Shown here piece after piece: positions 47,543-61,329 of a stretch of 64,000 nucleotides of DNA. The stretch comes from Zygnema circumcarinatum SAG 698-1b (Eukaryota > Plantae > Zygnematophyceae): the NCBI GenBank assembly GCA_037447605.1, contig CM074806.1, forward strand, positions 1,240,001 to 1,304,000, written 5' to 3'. Every line of letters begins with the position of its first letter. Within the stretch, counting starts at the first letter, position 1. The notes below the pieces were generated by a model. That model did no database searches and was not told where the DNA came from. It saw only the letters and a list, made by a program, of their open reading frames with translations. The position numbers and the translations under genes are program-made.

Positions 47543-50500
47543 TCATGATGTCCTGCTCGTGTGGGCGTCGCCCCTGCCCGCCATGGCGCCCTCGTTCTCA
47601 GCAACCCCCAGCTCGCCATTTGCTGCAAGAAGTCGCTCTACCCGAGCCGACCGCGACACGAGGTCAGCCCCTTCTTCTCCAAACCCGTCGTCTGACACCG
47701 ATCCATCGTCTCCCAGAGAGAGTCTGTGGCCGCCATCGAAAGCTTCACACGTGTCATCGTCTGATGGTCTTTCGGCCTCCTGGAGAGCCCACATTCTGGC
47801 GTATACCCCTCCCTCCTTCAGCAGCTCCTCATGGCCACCTTCCTCAATCACTTGCCCAGCCTCCATCACCTGAAATGCGTAAACCAGAAAAAAAGAATTG
47901 GTTTGGAACGAGCTCAAATTGCATGGCATATGGAAAATGTTCTGTTTCCAATGCTAATGAGGTTCCCAAAGAACCCGAAAAAAGAAGAATGATGGCAGAG
48001 ATAGCTAACCAGGATTCTGTCGCAGTGCTTGATGGTGGACAGGCGATGCGCCACAAAAATGCATGTGCGACCCGTAGCCAGTTCCCTCAATGATTGCAAA
48101 ATGGCTGCCTGTGAGCACACCCCCCAAACACATTTAGTCCATCAAAGATTCTGACAATTCTGGCATCCCACCTTTTTAATACTTTTCCCGTCATCAAAAG
48201 GTAACCTTTGGCATCTGTTTGTCCCAGCATCACTGACCAAGCTTTCTTTGTCTACAGTCACAATACGGAAACAGAGAACTTCTGCATGACAATCAGATCA
48301 ATCTCGCATTTCTAACCTGCCACCATTTGATGAACATTGCATTTCAAAGGGGAGGTTTCTTCTTTAAGGAAGAATGCAGAAGGAAGGGCTCGACACCTCT
48401 GTAGCAGAATCGAGGGCACTCGTTGCCTCGTCACAGATGAGAAGCCGCGGGGCCTGCACAATGATGATCATTGTATGAGCAATGGCAGATCAGACCATCC
48501 CCTGAACAAGTACAGAACTCAGGAGTGGCCCACAGAACACATCCAGCATGTTAGTTCGTCACAACAAAGTACGTTGGGCTAGCCCTGTTGTTTGAGGGCC
48601 ATGCAAGTTGCTGAGAGTTTAAATCATGTCACTCGCTTCCTTGCGGCACATCACCCTGCCTTCCCATTCGACGGGATGGGAAGAAATGACCTGCTATAGA
48701 AGGTTCGGTTCTGAGTGGCACATACTATTTCGCTACTGCTGCATGGACTCTGGTTCAGCACTATCCCGTTCCCATGAAAACAATGTAGAAAGCAGAGACC
48801 CAAGTCATGAGCTCCCCTATACCAGCAGTGTGCAACCACTTCATAGCCCACACCCCCCTCCTCCCCCGAAAATACCTTGAGGAACGCTCGAGCGATTGCA
48901 ACTCGCTGCTTCTCGCCTCCGCTAAGCTGTAAGCAGCATCCCTCTGCATGTTAGCTTAAGTTTCTTCCAGCAAAATGCTCCTGCTGATGATTGTTACACT
49001 CATACTCACACAGCAAACACTTGCTGCCAAGCAGACTCTCGTGCCCCTGCCACCTCCAAAACTGTGAGGAGGGGCGGCAGGAAGTGGTAAGGGGCTCCTA
49101 AAACATCTCCGAGCAAAACAAAAGCCATAAGCAGTCGGTCCGCACCTTGAGCCCTCTCTCTCCCACAAGGGTGGAGTATCCTTCCGGCATGCGCATGATG
49201 GCATCGTGCAGCTTCTGCATGCCACGAAGACACCGCTAAGAGTGGTGTTGACGAAATTAAGTGACAAAATGTTTTCAATCTGCCAGAAATTTGTGAACGC
49301 ATTAAAGAAGATGGCCTTGTGTCGCAGATTTTCTGTCAAGCGAAACTGCCGCATTGTACCATTGGTTCCGACCAAGTACATCGGGGATTAGAAAGAAATT
49401 GTACTGTGCAAGGACACCATCAGAATGAAGGACAGGCAATGTGTGAAATGAATTCTCTGTGACCAGTGCTTGTTATGATGCGAAGGCAGAGCATTTAGGC
49501 GAAATGAGGCATATTTTGGCAAGCAAGTATGACCTTCAGAGTCTAACAAAAGATACATTGCTCAAGGACAGAGAGTGCGCTTATGACTTTCTCTCTTAGC
49601 AGCAGAGAAAGTGTACGGGCAGGGGAACAAGACTTCCAGTAGATGTGTGGACACCATAATATGAGGAATGATGCACAATTTATGTTCATGCTGAACTTAG
49701 AAGGGCTAAACAGTCTTGATTAATATGATATTTGGAACAGCCGAGAATGACATCGTGACAGGGTTCCTTCAGTCCCTACCGCCAGCTTCGCCGCTTGCTC
49801 TATCTCTGTGCGAGAGGCAGTGGGCCGGCCATACGCAATGTTGTAAAGAACGGTATCGTTGAACAGCACCTGCAGCACATGGAAACCACATCCCCTCAGG
49901 GCAATGACTGGCAAACCCAGTCAGAGATGGTCTTTTTTAAGCTGAATGGACGCTACATGGCGCCAATTCACAACAGAAAAAAAAAGGGGCAAAACTCACT
50001 GTGTCTTGCGGCACAACAGCCACAACTTTCCGCAAGGATTCCTGCAGCCCCCAGCCCCCCCCCCCCCTCTCCTTCAGCCACCATTCACTGACTTGGCATC
50101 AACGCATCAGTATGAGATAGTACGATGTTTGGGCGAGCTAAGCAATGGCAGGGCCATAGGAAGGTCAACCTTCTTGTCTATCGTCATGCGTGGGATGCAG
50201 CTCAGACTTTACCCGCAGCAAACCAACTAAACAGTAGAGGCTTTACTCTTAATCCCTTCTGCCCAAATATCTTCCTGGGTATGCCCTTGATGTGTTCTGC
50301 GAGCACAGTGAGATCACCTGCTTGAGATCCTTAATGTCAATGCCATCGATCGCTATCCTCCCCCCGTCCGGATCATAGAGACGCAAGAGCAGCTTCACGC
50401 AGGTGGACTTTCCTGATCCCGAGGGCCCCACGAGAGCAATACTCTGCCCGGGGAGGGCGGAGAAGGAGACACCTCCCAGCACCTGCAAGAAGCACCCCTC

Positions 50501-53500
50501 TCAACTTTGCTCAAAAAGCTTCTCCCTTCCCTTTCGTCCACTTCTACTCTCCCTATCCCAAATAATGTACTGCTTATTCCATCATCAGTGACCACACAAC
50601 CTTCACAAAACCATCCGGTTGGCAACGCAGCGGTTCACTCCATCCCACCATACATACAACCTGTCATATGTTATATGCATTGTCAGAAAGATCGAGTTCT
50701 TGCCTGCCTTGAAGCAGCCCCGGAATACGCAAACTGTAGGTTTTCTCCTTGAACGAGTGCACCTCCAGGAGCTGATGGCAGCTCCCTCGTCCCATTCTTC
50801 AGCTTAGATTCCGTACTGCGCCCCCACTTGCCAGGACGACAGAGACTGATGTGTCGACTTTGCAATGAAATGAAGCGGAGACAACAGCAAAGCAGTGAAG
50901 CAAACAGGTAAACCGGTATGCCTACGAGTAGAAATGAGGTTTTCCCAAGCAGCTCGCAAGTGCTTTTTTGCGAAAGTTCAGGAACAGTAGCATTAGTATG
51001 TGCCAGCTCAAGAAGGCTTGGTGACTAGGCCCTCCAGCTAATTTGACAATTTCAACTATAGCATTATATATAATAATAATAATAATATAGCATTGGCTTG
51101 CCAAGCGCGTAATGCAATGCAATGAGGCAGAACTCTCCATTGTTGCACTCTCTTTCTATGCTAAGGAGCACGAAGGCTCAAAGAAAGGCTCTAAAAGCCT
51201 GTGTTCCAATGGAGTTATCGCTGTTCAAAGCGCGAATTCAGAGACAAAAGAGTTACCTCATGGCTTCGTTGATTTTGCCCAAAGATCAAACGGTTAACCT
51301 CATGAAGAGGACATTGATACAAATAAGAAAGCATGGAATCCTGCCGTCGGTTCACTAATAACCACTTAGAATGTGCGTGCTATAGTAGAGAGCACCTCCA
51401 AGCAGTGGAGGAATCACAACTCACCCGAGCATGAGAATCATGGCGTCGATGTCGATAAGTGACTGCCTTAAATCTCGGTACAAGTGGCCCAAAAACTGTT
51501 CCCACCACAAACACTCCCTCCCCATTTGACAGCGACATGAGCCACATGGGCAAGAATAAACCTAATGCCTACTCCAATCTATTGTTGCTTTCAGTGTTGC
51601 CATGCGATCTTCATATTGACCCGTCACTCGCAAGCGAGCATTTAGACACAGACAGTTCTGCCGTTAGCCCAAAGTCCCCATTCAAAAATTAAGGTTTACC
51701 CACCTGCAGGGGCAGTGAGAGCTGCAGCACGAGTCCGTTGACCAGCACGAGGTCGCCCACTGTCATTGACCCCGCCCCCACACGTGCCCCGGCGATGGCC
51801 ATCACTGTGGCGAGCCCAACAGCGATAATGGTGCTCTGCCCGCCATTCAGAGCGGCGGAGATCAACTCGAGCTTCACCTGCTCCCACATATGCAATGCAC
51901 TGCCCAAGGGTGCATCAGCAGTTATGGTAGAAGGGGGAGGGGGAGGGGAGGGGAGGGGAGTGGCCGCAGGATATGGGCAGGTGAGTGAAGGCCATGGGTA
52001 AGGATCTCACTGCAGCCTTTTGGTATTTTTGCAACAGGTTGTCGTAGGAATGAAGATCCAAATTCTGATTGTTGAACTGCATAATGCCACAAACGTAGAT
52101 TGATTAGACTGGAAAGTCACGTGAAGATTCAGGCTGTAACCAGAGTTCGGGAAGTGAGGGTCGAGGAGGACCCTGACTGAGGAGAGGGTTCAATCTAAAG
52201 GAATCCCTGATTCTATAAGACGCCTTTCATCACAGGTGAGAGCATCTGCAATTCTCTGAGTTGAGCTCATGAATGTACCTGCACCACAGTCTCGTAGTTG
52301 AGCAAGATGTCCACCACCTTCCCCGTTGTTTGCTGGTCCAGTGCGTTAACCTGCCGCATCAGCAACCGTTCATCTTGCCTGCTATAAGATGTTGTAAGCT
52401 TTCATGGGTCCCGTGTCAAAGCACCTTCCTGCCCTCGAACAATGTATGCCAACCAAATTACCAATGCCATTCACCTAGCTCACAGAATCGACCTATACCC
52501 TATTCATGCATACCCTCCCCAATTTCTTGTCTACGTGGGTGCTCAGCAGCATACCCCCCTCACAAGATGTAAATCGAAGGACACCACATGCCAACACGCA
52601 GTTAAACACTAAAGCTTCATCTAAACGGAAACCACATTTGATGCACCAACACATGCACTCCCTTCCATCTGCCGCTCAATGCCATTGGTCCACCGGCCGG
52701 CCCACCTCCTTCCTGTACGCCACGGAGGCTTTGGTTAGGGCCACCGTCCAAGTGATGTACGCCGCGAAGGTGGCGAGAACCACGAGGGCGAAGGAAGGAC
52801 TGAGCTCGCGAGCAAGCAGGGTGCATACGAGGACGAGCTCTACAAACGTGGGGATGAATGTGAACACTGGTAGACAACTCCCACCAAGGGAAAAGAAAAG
52901 GGGGTAATCAGCATCTCGTAGGAGTAGGAAGTGAACACTACAATGGTGCTACTACGAACACAAGAACAAAAACAAAGCCATTATCTACCCGTGCAGAAGT
53001 ATGGCAAGATGAATCTTCCAGTGTACCTTCTACACGCTTATTCAGTGTCATTTTCACACATAACCGCTACTACCTGCGAATCTGCGAATCACACACACCA
53101 TAATGGATGGGCGGGGTTATGCTCGAAAGCTAAACTCCAAGGCCAGTAAATAAAATAGGTACCCATCTGGACCCCCCCTGTTCTATGTGCAATGCGTTAC
53201 GACAAGTTGGTTAATAAGTACATTTTTTTGAAGCTCAGATGCCGTACAACAGGACTACACTTAGCTCCTTTTGAAAATATGGCAATCTAATGAATGTAAG
53301 GCATTCATTAGGAAACAGGAGGGTTAACGACATGTTATCCCTTAGAGTGCTTTATCCTAACGGTTCCTTTTGGCAATACTATGCTGCAGGAAAGAAAGAT
53401 AATGTGGAGTAAGGAAGCAGCGTCACTCCAACAACTTAAGAAGGACGAATTGAAATTTTAACCAGCGTGCCTGTACATATATCACAAGCAGTGAGGGGGC

Positions 53501-56305
53501 TCGTAAACGACCCACCTACAGCCCTAAAGATCATTGTGATGGACCGCTTCCCCCTCTCTAGGATGCGTGCGAGTGCTCCCGTCTTGCGGTCGAGATGGAA
53601 GGCCATGTCCATGCTCAGGATGTGCGCAAAGAACCAGTACTCCACCCGCCGCGCGGTGGCCTGCCCCACGGGCGTGAACACCACGTTGCGCAGTTCGCTC
53701 GCCACCGCACTCACTGCCTGACCGCCCAAGAACACGCTGCTGCTTAAGCCGGGCAGTGCAAAGGGAGTGGAGGAGGGAGAGGGGAGAGGGGAGAGGGGGG
53801 AGGGGGGAGAGAGGGGGGAGGGAGGGGGGAGGGAGGGGGAGAGGGGGGAAGAGGGGGGAGGGATGGGGAGAGGGGGGAGGGGAGGGGAGGGAGACGAAGG
53901 GAAGGGAGGATGGGGAGGGGGGGAGGGGGGAAGGGGCGGCAGTGGGTGGGGAATTTGAGGTTCCCCAGTTATTCGTTTGGACGTTAAGCACATCCAATAC
54001 GGCCTCCATTTAAAACAAGTCTCGTAATGAGCTTGTCAGTTATCGTTGCTACAGATCAAGCTTTCAGGAAAGTCCTCAAAGACTCAGCTTAGTCCTCAGG
54101 GTGAAAACCCTGGCAAACTGTGATTGCGTGCCGCCAAAAGGGCGAGGCTAAGAGCGGGGCGAGGGCAAGGTTTCCACATTTGAAGGTCAAAATTGTATAA
54201 AGGAGGTCCCATGGAAGTGCGACTTCCAAAGGCTGACGCTGGTTTAACCAAAACTTGTCAACAAAGGTGGCGAAAAACCACAGCAAGTATGTTGTGGCTG
54301 CGAACCACTTCAAACAAGCAACACGCACCTTACTGGCCGCAGAGGCAATGAGAGCTCCAATTGCGGCGTAGATGGCAGGCTTGGACAGCCCCTTCACCTC
54401 TGTAAGCAGATCAAGGGCCCGCTTGAAGAGGACCGGCCCTGCAAGGCCTGACACCTGCAGAATTTGACTGTATCAGTACGGCTAAGGCATTCAACTCAAG
54501 GACTTACAGAGGATTTAGTCACAAGGAAGAGCAGAACTTGACGAATCAAGAGCGTATTTCTGCACAAATCCAATCGCCAGTCACCGTGCAAGGTGGCACC
54601 GACTTTGTTATACTAACGATTACAGTTAACTTGATGACTCAATGACTAAGATTAGCCAGTTATCATCTGCAGGCCATAGGCTTTTGGAGCATTCCAAATG
54701 CTCAGAACATAACGTTGTTAGTACTTAGAACTTACAGACGTAAAGCAGCCCAAACTTAAATGAACTTCAGGTTGTTTTCTTCCACTTAAGGCAATCAACA
54801 TCCTTCTAAGAGCAATAAATCAGATTTCCCAGTAATGCGAGACGTGCTTGATGCTCACCTTGCCAGCTACTAGCAGCACAAGAGCCAATCCTAGACGCCA
54901 TCTTAGTGAAGGGTCGCCAGCAGCAAGTGACCAAAGAAACGGCAACACCTGTCGACAATGTCAGCAAGAGACTGAAGTACTTATAAGAGTCAACCACGGG
55001 AGTCCTTTATGTTTAAGAAAAAAGAAAAAAAAGGGGCTACAGGGGCTGTTGCGAAACAGGTAGAGGACCGAGAAAACGGAGGTGTCGACAGTGAAATGAC
55101 AATACATAATGGAGTCTCATATTTTGTTCCAAAAAGGAAAGGATTTAATAGGACACCTCGTGAGCTTTTCACCGGTCCAACGCTCTGATGCAAGGCTGAA
55201 TGAACCAGAAAACGCAAATCCTCAGAAGGGACTCTTCGAGACAAAACCAGAATGAAGGGCGATAGGGGAAACCCGCCAATTACGAAATGCTACAATTTAC
55301 GAAATCCGCTTTATACCTTTTGTCCTCCTTCTCGAGGGCAATAAACGAGGACTTTAAGTGGTCGTTGCTAGTTTTACAAAACGCAATTCAAAAATTATCT
55401 CGCTGAAAAGGTGATTTTCTCAGGTCAATCGCCACGACCTGACAATAATTATGGTTTATTAACAAGCCGAAAAAGAATAAACGATGGAAAAATGTAGATT
55501 CTTTACAGAATTCCCATTGAGGTGGAGTACTCAGGCGACAGCACTAATTGAACCAATAACTTCTGCCCTATAAGTAAATTCCACTAAAACAAAAATTCGA
55601 ATTTAAATTTATGTGTCAAATGAAATTGATCGTTAGCGTTACAATTGCCGCAGCGGCTAACCAAGGGAGCACGATCCGGTTCGGATAGCAGACTTTGTAT
55701 GCGCATAAAATTAAAGATTTCCAGGTAATGGCTTTAAATTCGAGAGTAACGACAGTACTTACCGCAAAAAGGGACGTATCAGTTGGAGGGGTGGGAAGGG
55801 GCTTGGGGATTTCGAACGTGACATTGCCCTCATCGTTCCCTGCCGAGAGAAGAGCTGCCTCTCCCGCGCTGCAGGAAACTCGTTTGCTTGCTTTTTTCTT
55901 TCTTGCGGGTGCTCTGAAGTTCTGGTGTGTCTTTTGCAAAGAAGTCGACTGCTGTTCGCCAGAATAGCACGCGCAAGAGCGCACAGACCTACATTTGCGA
56001 CGGTGAAAGAACGAAGAAGAGCAAGATTGATTGACGCGGAGCTGTGACCGCACTGATAAGCGGATAGTCTGCGACTGGCACGCGGCCCCGCGACAGCTGG
56101 CCAAGTCGGAGTTGCTCCTCGGTCCACTGGCCGACGACATGCACTCTGACCCGTGCATTTCACCGGCACGCTTGCACGGCTGCGCCCTCAGACTTGATCC
56201 TCGCTGCCATGCAATCCTGCCGCAAGCTTCAAGGCCTGTAGTGGCGCCAGGAGGCGAGCCGGCCAGCCCGTAAGAGATCATTCTGCAGCCCTGCACGGAA
56301 TTCAT
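47543..56305 (-). CDS. ABCB half transporter of the ATM1/ATM3 (ABCB25-like) type, about 18 exons
   Basis: [40 protein letters not shown], Walker [51 protein letters not shown] and AHRLST. The start ATG is inferred. Confidence 0.92.
53762..53940 (+). repeat. Polypurine G-rich tract in an ABC-transporter intron
   Basis: About 180 bp of GGGGA-like units. Confidence 0.92.
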
Positions 56306-56593
56306 GGAACTCCTTCCGCCCCACAGCACGCACTCGGCTGAGTGCTTCACGAGTCTGCCTCCACTCCGCCTCCGCCTGCAAACCGCGAGGGAGGGAGGGA
56401 GGGTGGACAGCAGGGCGAGCTGGAGAGCAGCTAGCTCGGTGAGCAGGGCATCCACGCCAGCCCGCCAGCAAGTGCGGAGCTCTGGAGCAGCCCGTCACAG
56501 CTGCCCGCCCGCAGCCCGGCGGGCGTCCGGGCAGAAACCAAAGTCTGCTTGGCCAATCGCGCGATGTGAGTGAGGAATTTCGTGCTGCCCAGC

Positions 56594-57005
56594 GCCACGT
56601 GTCAGAATCTGAACGGCGAGAGAAGGTTCAGCGCGGGCGCTCTGCGCGGGCAGGACAATTGAAACATTTTGGGCGCGCTGCCCTCGCTCGTGTCCCGCCC
56701 GCCGCGGCAGAGCGCCACGCTGCGCGCCTAGGGCCTAGGCCCTCACTCCCTAGGGCCCTAGTCCCGCCCGCGGGCGCGGCGGGCCACCACGTCAGCAGCG
56801 CGGCAGGCCGAGACGTGCGCGGAGTGCCGTTGGAACACGTGGTTCCACAGTTTGGCCACGTATTGGCTGTAGCTGATCTGGCATGTGCACTTAACTATTC
56901 TCGTGGTGCGCGCGTCCAGATCTTGTCGCCACGTTGGCAGCCCGGTACGGCTTTACGAACATCGCGTGGCCCCAAAACGTGCCGCGGCTAGTGCACGCAC
57001 GTGGA
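56594..57005. promoter_or_regulatory. ACGT-core (G-box/ABRE-like) cluster in the ABCB/MGST3 divergent promoter
   Basis: GCCACGTGTC, CCACGTCA, GACGTG, ACACGTGG, CCACGTA, CCACGTT, AACGTG and GCACGTGG in a GC-rich intergenic interval. Confidence 0.5.
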
Positions 57006-57175
57006 AGCTTCCGCCTGCGTCAGCGGCAGCCGCCCCCGCGGGAGGGAGGGAGGGAGGGAGGGAGAGGCCGAGGCCTCAAAAGAGGGCGGCGCTCTTAACT
57101 CTTCTGTTCGCTTTCCCTGCCGCTGCTGCTGCTGCTGCTGTCGTCAGGAGAGAGGTTCTGCTGGCTGCCGCAGCC

Positions 57176-59218
57176 ATGGCTGTCGTTGAGGTCAACGGGG
57201 AGTTCGGCTATGTCATTCTCATAGCGGCTCTCGCGTGCATCGTCAACATGTGGATGGCTTTTTCAGTCGGACGAGCGAGGAAAACGTGAGGGGTTTCTCA
57301 TATCTTCTGTTTGGCTGGTCTGGAATTGGAAGTTAGCTATGGAAGATTTTATGGATTCCTCACTTTCTTGATGATTCTTAATGGACTGGCTTTGGCTGTT
57401 CGGAACGATTGTTTGCTAAAGTTTTGCGTTGGATGCTTTTCTGTTTCTCTGACGATTAAGGAAAGTTTCTTTTATCAGGTACGGCGTTCATTACCCGGCC
57501 TTGTACGCTGACGAGACCACCAACGACAACGCAGTTGCCTTCAATTGTATCCAGGTAAGCTTGTCGTCGAACTTCCTGAATGGCTATTACTGTACTGTAT
57601 TTTTTTTTGAGAGAGCTGTAATAGGAACGAGGCCATAGTCCGGCGTTACTGGCTGCTTTCCGGTAAATGGATTGGTGTGCGACATGCCTTTTCGCTTGGA
57701 GGCCCTGCCTTTTCTCTGTACATGGTTCAATAAATTCTTCAATGCGGATCAGCCTTCTCCGTAACAGAGAAGGTAGTAAGAAGGATATTGCTGTCTATGT
57801 GATTTTCAAGTTTGTTGTGCTTTTTAATGGCTGGTTCTGTTGTCTGTGCAAGAACTGTTTTGTGCAAACAGCCCTAACAGTGTCCTTTTTTTATACCGGG
57901 TGTGGGCTTCCAGAGGGGTCATCAAAACAGCCTCGAAAATCTTCCAATGTTTTTCACGCTTCTGCTCCTTAGTGGATTGCAGGTGAAATTTTTTTGTTTC
58001 CTTTATTTTTATCTACAGGCGGTTTTTAGGGATTTAGAGAGAAACGCATGTATGATTCATCTTCTTTGCATATCAATTACTTTTTTCGTTTTTGCAGTTT
58101 TTTGTTCTCTGGGCTTATAGACTCAATTCGACTTTTGTTAGGCCGAAAGCTCTACACTTTGTTGTATGTGTTTTGTTGATTCTTTCATTCTACTTATTGT
58201 CTCTCGCTTTGTAGTTCCTCCCTTGCAAATGTTGCTCGTAGAATAGTGATATGTTTGTGACCTATGCCGATCTTGGGAGACGAAACGCAGTTGTAAGGCG
58301 GCATCATCTAGCTGCAGTTACGATCGCAATGCCCAGACTAGTACTGGAAGGAACAAGTTTTGAAGTGAACGCCAAGTTGTGCTGACCTGAGCAAATATAC
58401 ACTGAAGTTCTGTTTGGGTGGCAAGGAAACCTTCCTATTTACATCGCACCTATTACGATTCCAGTCCATCTGTCTGGATGCTATTCCTTCTATCAAAGGA
58501 TACCTCTGAAAGTTTTGCTGCTCTTCTGGCGGATCTTTTGCGTTACAGCATCCCAGGATTGCAACGGCTGCTGGATTGGTCTATATCGTGGGCAGGATTT
58601 TTTACTTCATCGGTTACTCCAGTGGAGATCCAAGTGGAAGAACACGTGGAATGTACGCCATTCAACCTATAGCACCTCCTACAAGTTCCACTTATGCTGT
58701 CAGATGTGCTGCTGAAAGAATGCTTGAGGGTGCCCTGCAATTTGGCAAGAGCTTGCTTCATTTGCTGGCTAGAATACGGGTGGTTTGTCCGGTTTGAAAT
58801 TGCTAGTGGTAGCATGCACTTTTGGTTAGCGAAATTCTGGCTCGTGCGGAATGCAATTTTCACGTAATTCTCTGGATGGTGTGACTCTCTTTGTGTAGTT
58901 TGATACGGTCCAATATTCGCTTTACATTTCAAAAGTCAAATGAAAACGATGCTTCACCTGGATATCTGTTCTATACCTCTACTGGGTTTCTCTTGTATCT
59001 TACAAGTTTTCGCGCATTTGCAGACATTCTCAGTGAATAATTGAAAATGTGTCGCAGAAAGTCTGAATGAGAAACAGCCGGACGTTTCATTCATTGAGCT
59101 CCTTGTATACCACCTGTTTATGCTGCTCTATTGTTGTCTGTGCAGGTTCTACGTACTTGGCCTCTTAACTCTCCTCATTCTCAGCATTTGGACTGGTATC
59201 AGCTTAGTTCTTCCCTGA
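57176..59218 (+). CDS. MGST3: Microsomal glutathione S-transferase 3 (MAPEG family), 5 exons
   Basis: EFGYVIL, VGRARKTYGVHYPALYA, FNCIQRGHQNSLENLP, HPRIA..G.VYIVGR.FYF.GYSSGDP..R.RG. All introns are GT-AG. Confidence 0.95.
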
Positions 59219-59919
59219 GAATCCAGAGACCCATGGCGTTTCTGAAGGCTGCTTTGCGCGATGGACGAGAACAACAACGATGGCCTGGAGAAGATTAATT
59301 AGTAGACTTAGGTGCTGCAATGAAGCGGGGCATTAGCGATACGTTTGACTTGATTAGCGATACGTTTGACTTCACAGCCAGCCAGCTCATTAAATTGGCC
59401 GAAAGAAAGGGGCTTTAATTTTGGCCAAATCTCGTGAGGCAGATAGCTCAAAGTCTCAAAAGCTTAACCCATTGCGAGGTATATGGCCCGGCCTGGCTGG
59501 TCTGGCGTAGCGTTGTTGTTAGGCCCCTTTTTGTTGTGAGGCGGAAAATAGGTCGAAGGGTGCACCCTGATGGGCATGACCCAAGGCACCCAGCTGCACT
59601 TTTTTGCATCTCCTTCATTGAATTTTTAGTTTTTGAATTGTATGCTCACGAAATGTCAACTGGTTTGCACTCTTCAGCGCTCTTCTCTCTGTCTATCGAA
59701 AACGAAGGGATGTGTACACCGTGTACCGCACCACATAACTTTTGTGTAGTGCTGCTGCTGCTGCACTGTTGCACTGCTACAAAAATTTGGGCTAAGCCGG
59801 TAAAGCAAGCGCCAGAGAGAGGAGGCGAACCATCCATCCCCTGTTCGTTGCGCACAGAGCATGCATGCATGCATGCAGGCAGTCGGCCCGCGAGGGAGGT
59901 CCGGGCCAGGCCCCGCCTA

Positions 59920-60122
59920 CTTTAGGCCCCGCCGCTTGTTTGGGCCCGCCCCTTGATTAGGCCCCCGCCCTTTGTTTTAGGCCCCGCCCCTTGTTTAGGC
60001 CTCCCCTCCCTTGTTTAGGCCCCGCCCCTTGTTTAGCCCCCCCCCCTCCCTTGTTTAGGCCCCGCCCCATTTTTAGGCCCCCCCCTCCCTTGTTTAGGCC
60101 CCGCCCCTTGTTTAGGCCCCGC
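59920..60122 (+). repeat. Minisatellite of 18-21-bp units, consensus TTGTTTAGGCCCC(G/CCCT)CCC
   Basis: About ten imperfect tandem copies. Confidence 0.9.
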
Positions 60123-61329
60123 CGTGCGGGGGGGGGGACCTCGCGTCTCGATAAGAAAGGATTCGGATCTGCGCACACCCCACCGCCCCCCGTGCAATGG
60201 TCGCACGCCATCTGTCCCTTGGCAGAAATTAGAGGTACCATGGATAAACCCAGTGAGCCAATCAGGAGCCGCCGACCATACGACGAAGTTTCTGGGCAGC
60301 AGAGGTCGTCCTGTCGTCGCCTGGGCGAAAAGGCCGACAATTTGTCGTTTGCGTGGGGGAGGAATATCGCTATATCGCCGTCGCATCGGCCGGCGGAGAG
60401 GACCGTTGCCGGCTGCACTCCGCCGGTGGCCGGCCTGCCTGAGCCTTGTAGCGTTTTGGACAAAGGTGGGAGTGAGGTCGCGGATGGCCAATGGCTGTGA
60501 GGTCGCGGGATCAAACCTCGGCCGGCGCGGTTCTTACTTTGCACATTGTTACTAACTAATGACTTAAAATCCGAGCAAGAATGGGACACGCAGTGCAAAC
60601 TGTGCAGCACGTGTCCTTCAAACCCACAAACGATTAGTTATCAAACAAAAGAAAATATATTCACAAAACAATGGTATTATCTTCTTCTCCAAAAGGAGGC
60701 AAATCGCATTAATTCATCGTTATTAAAAAAGAAAAGAAAAAAAATCAGTGCCTCAGTCCTATGGAATCTACACGGAGCACTTGTACAGGGTCGCATTTGC
60801 GGCTGCAGCAAACGGACTGACTCTATCCCCTCACTCGCGAGTAGTAGGGGCCCTCCTCCCGCCCTCCCTCCTTCCAGGCCTTCCTTGAGCGGCTTTGAGA
60901 TAGATGCTCATTGCATTTTGTAATGCAACGGAAGCCCTGAAACGCCCCTGTCTGCCCGTCTGCCTGTCTGCATGTGATACTAAAACCGACCCAAAGCTTA
61001 GCTCAGACGGATACAATAATAATGCATACATACCCATACGATATTATGCGGAGCCCAGAAGTGAAGGGCTCCACCGTTGGCTCAATCAGCTCGCCATCCT
61101 GAACCTGTTGATGGGCGGGTTCAAATATTACGCGTTGCTGCTGACTGAACCTTTCCCTATAAGCGTTACCATGCACCCACCGACTGTTCTGCCACCTAAG
61201 ATGGCTGAGCTGGCAGAGACCACGTCTGAGCCCCCACAAGCTGCAGACAGCCGATGATGCAAAGGCTATGAGATGTTTTCAGCACCCTCCCTCCTGCCGC
61301 TGTTTCTATGTATGTCGCCCCTCCCCGCT

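Noticed and set aside
59920-60122. CRISPR-like appearance of the repeat array (also the arrays inside the MITE)
   Set aside because: Units are contiguous with no unique spacers, there are no cas genes and the context is eukaryotic.
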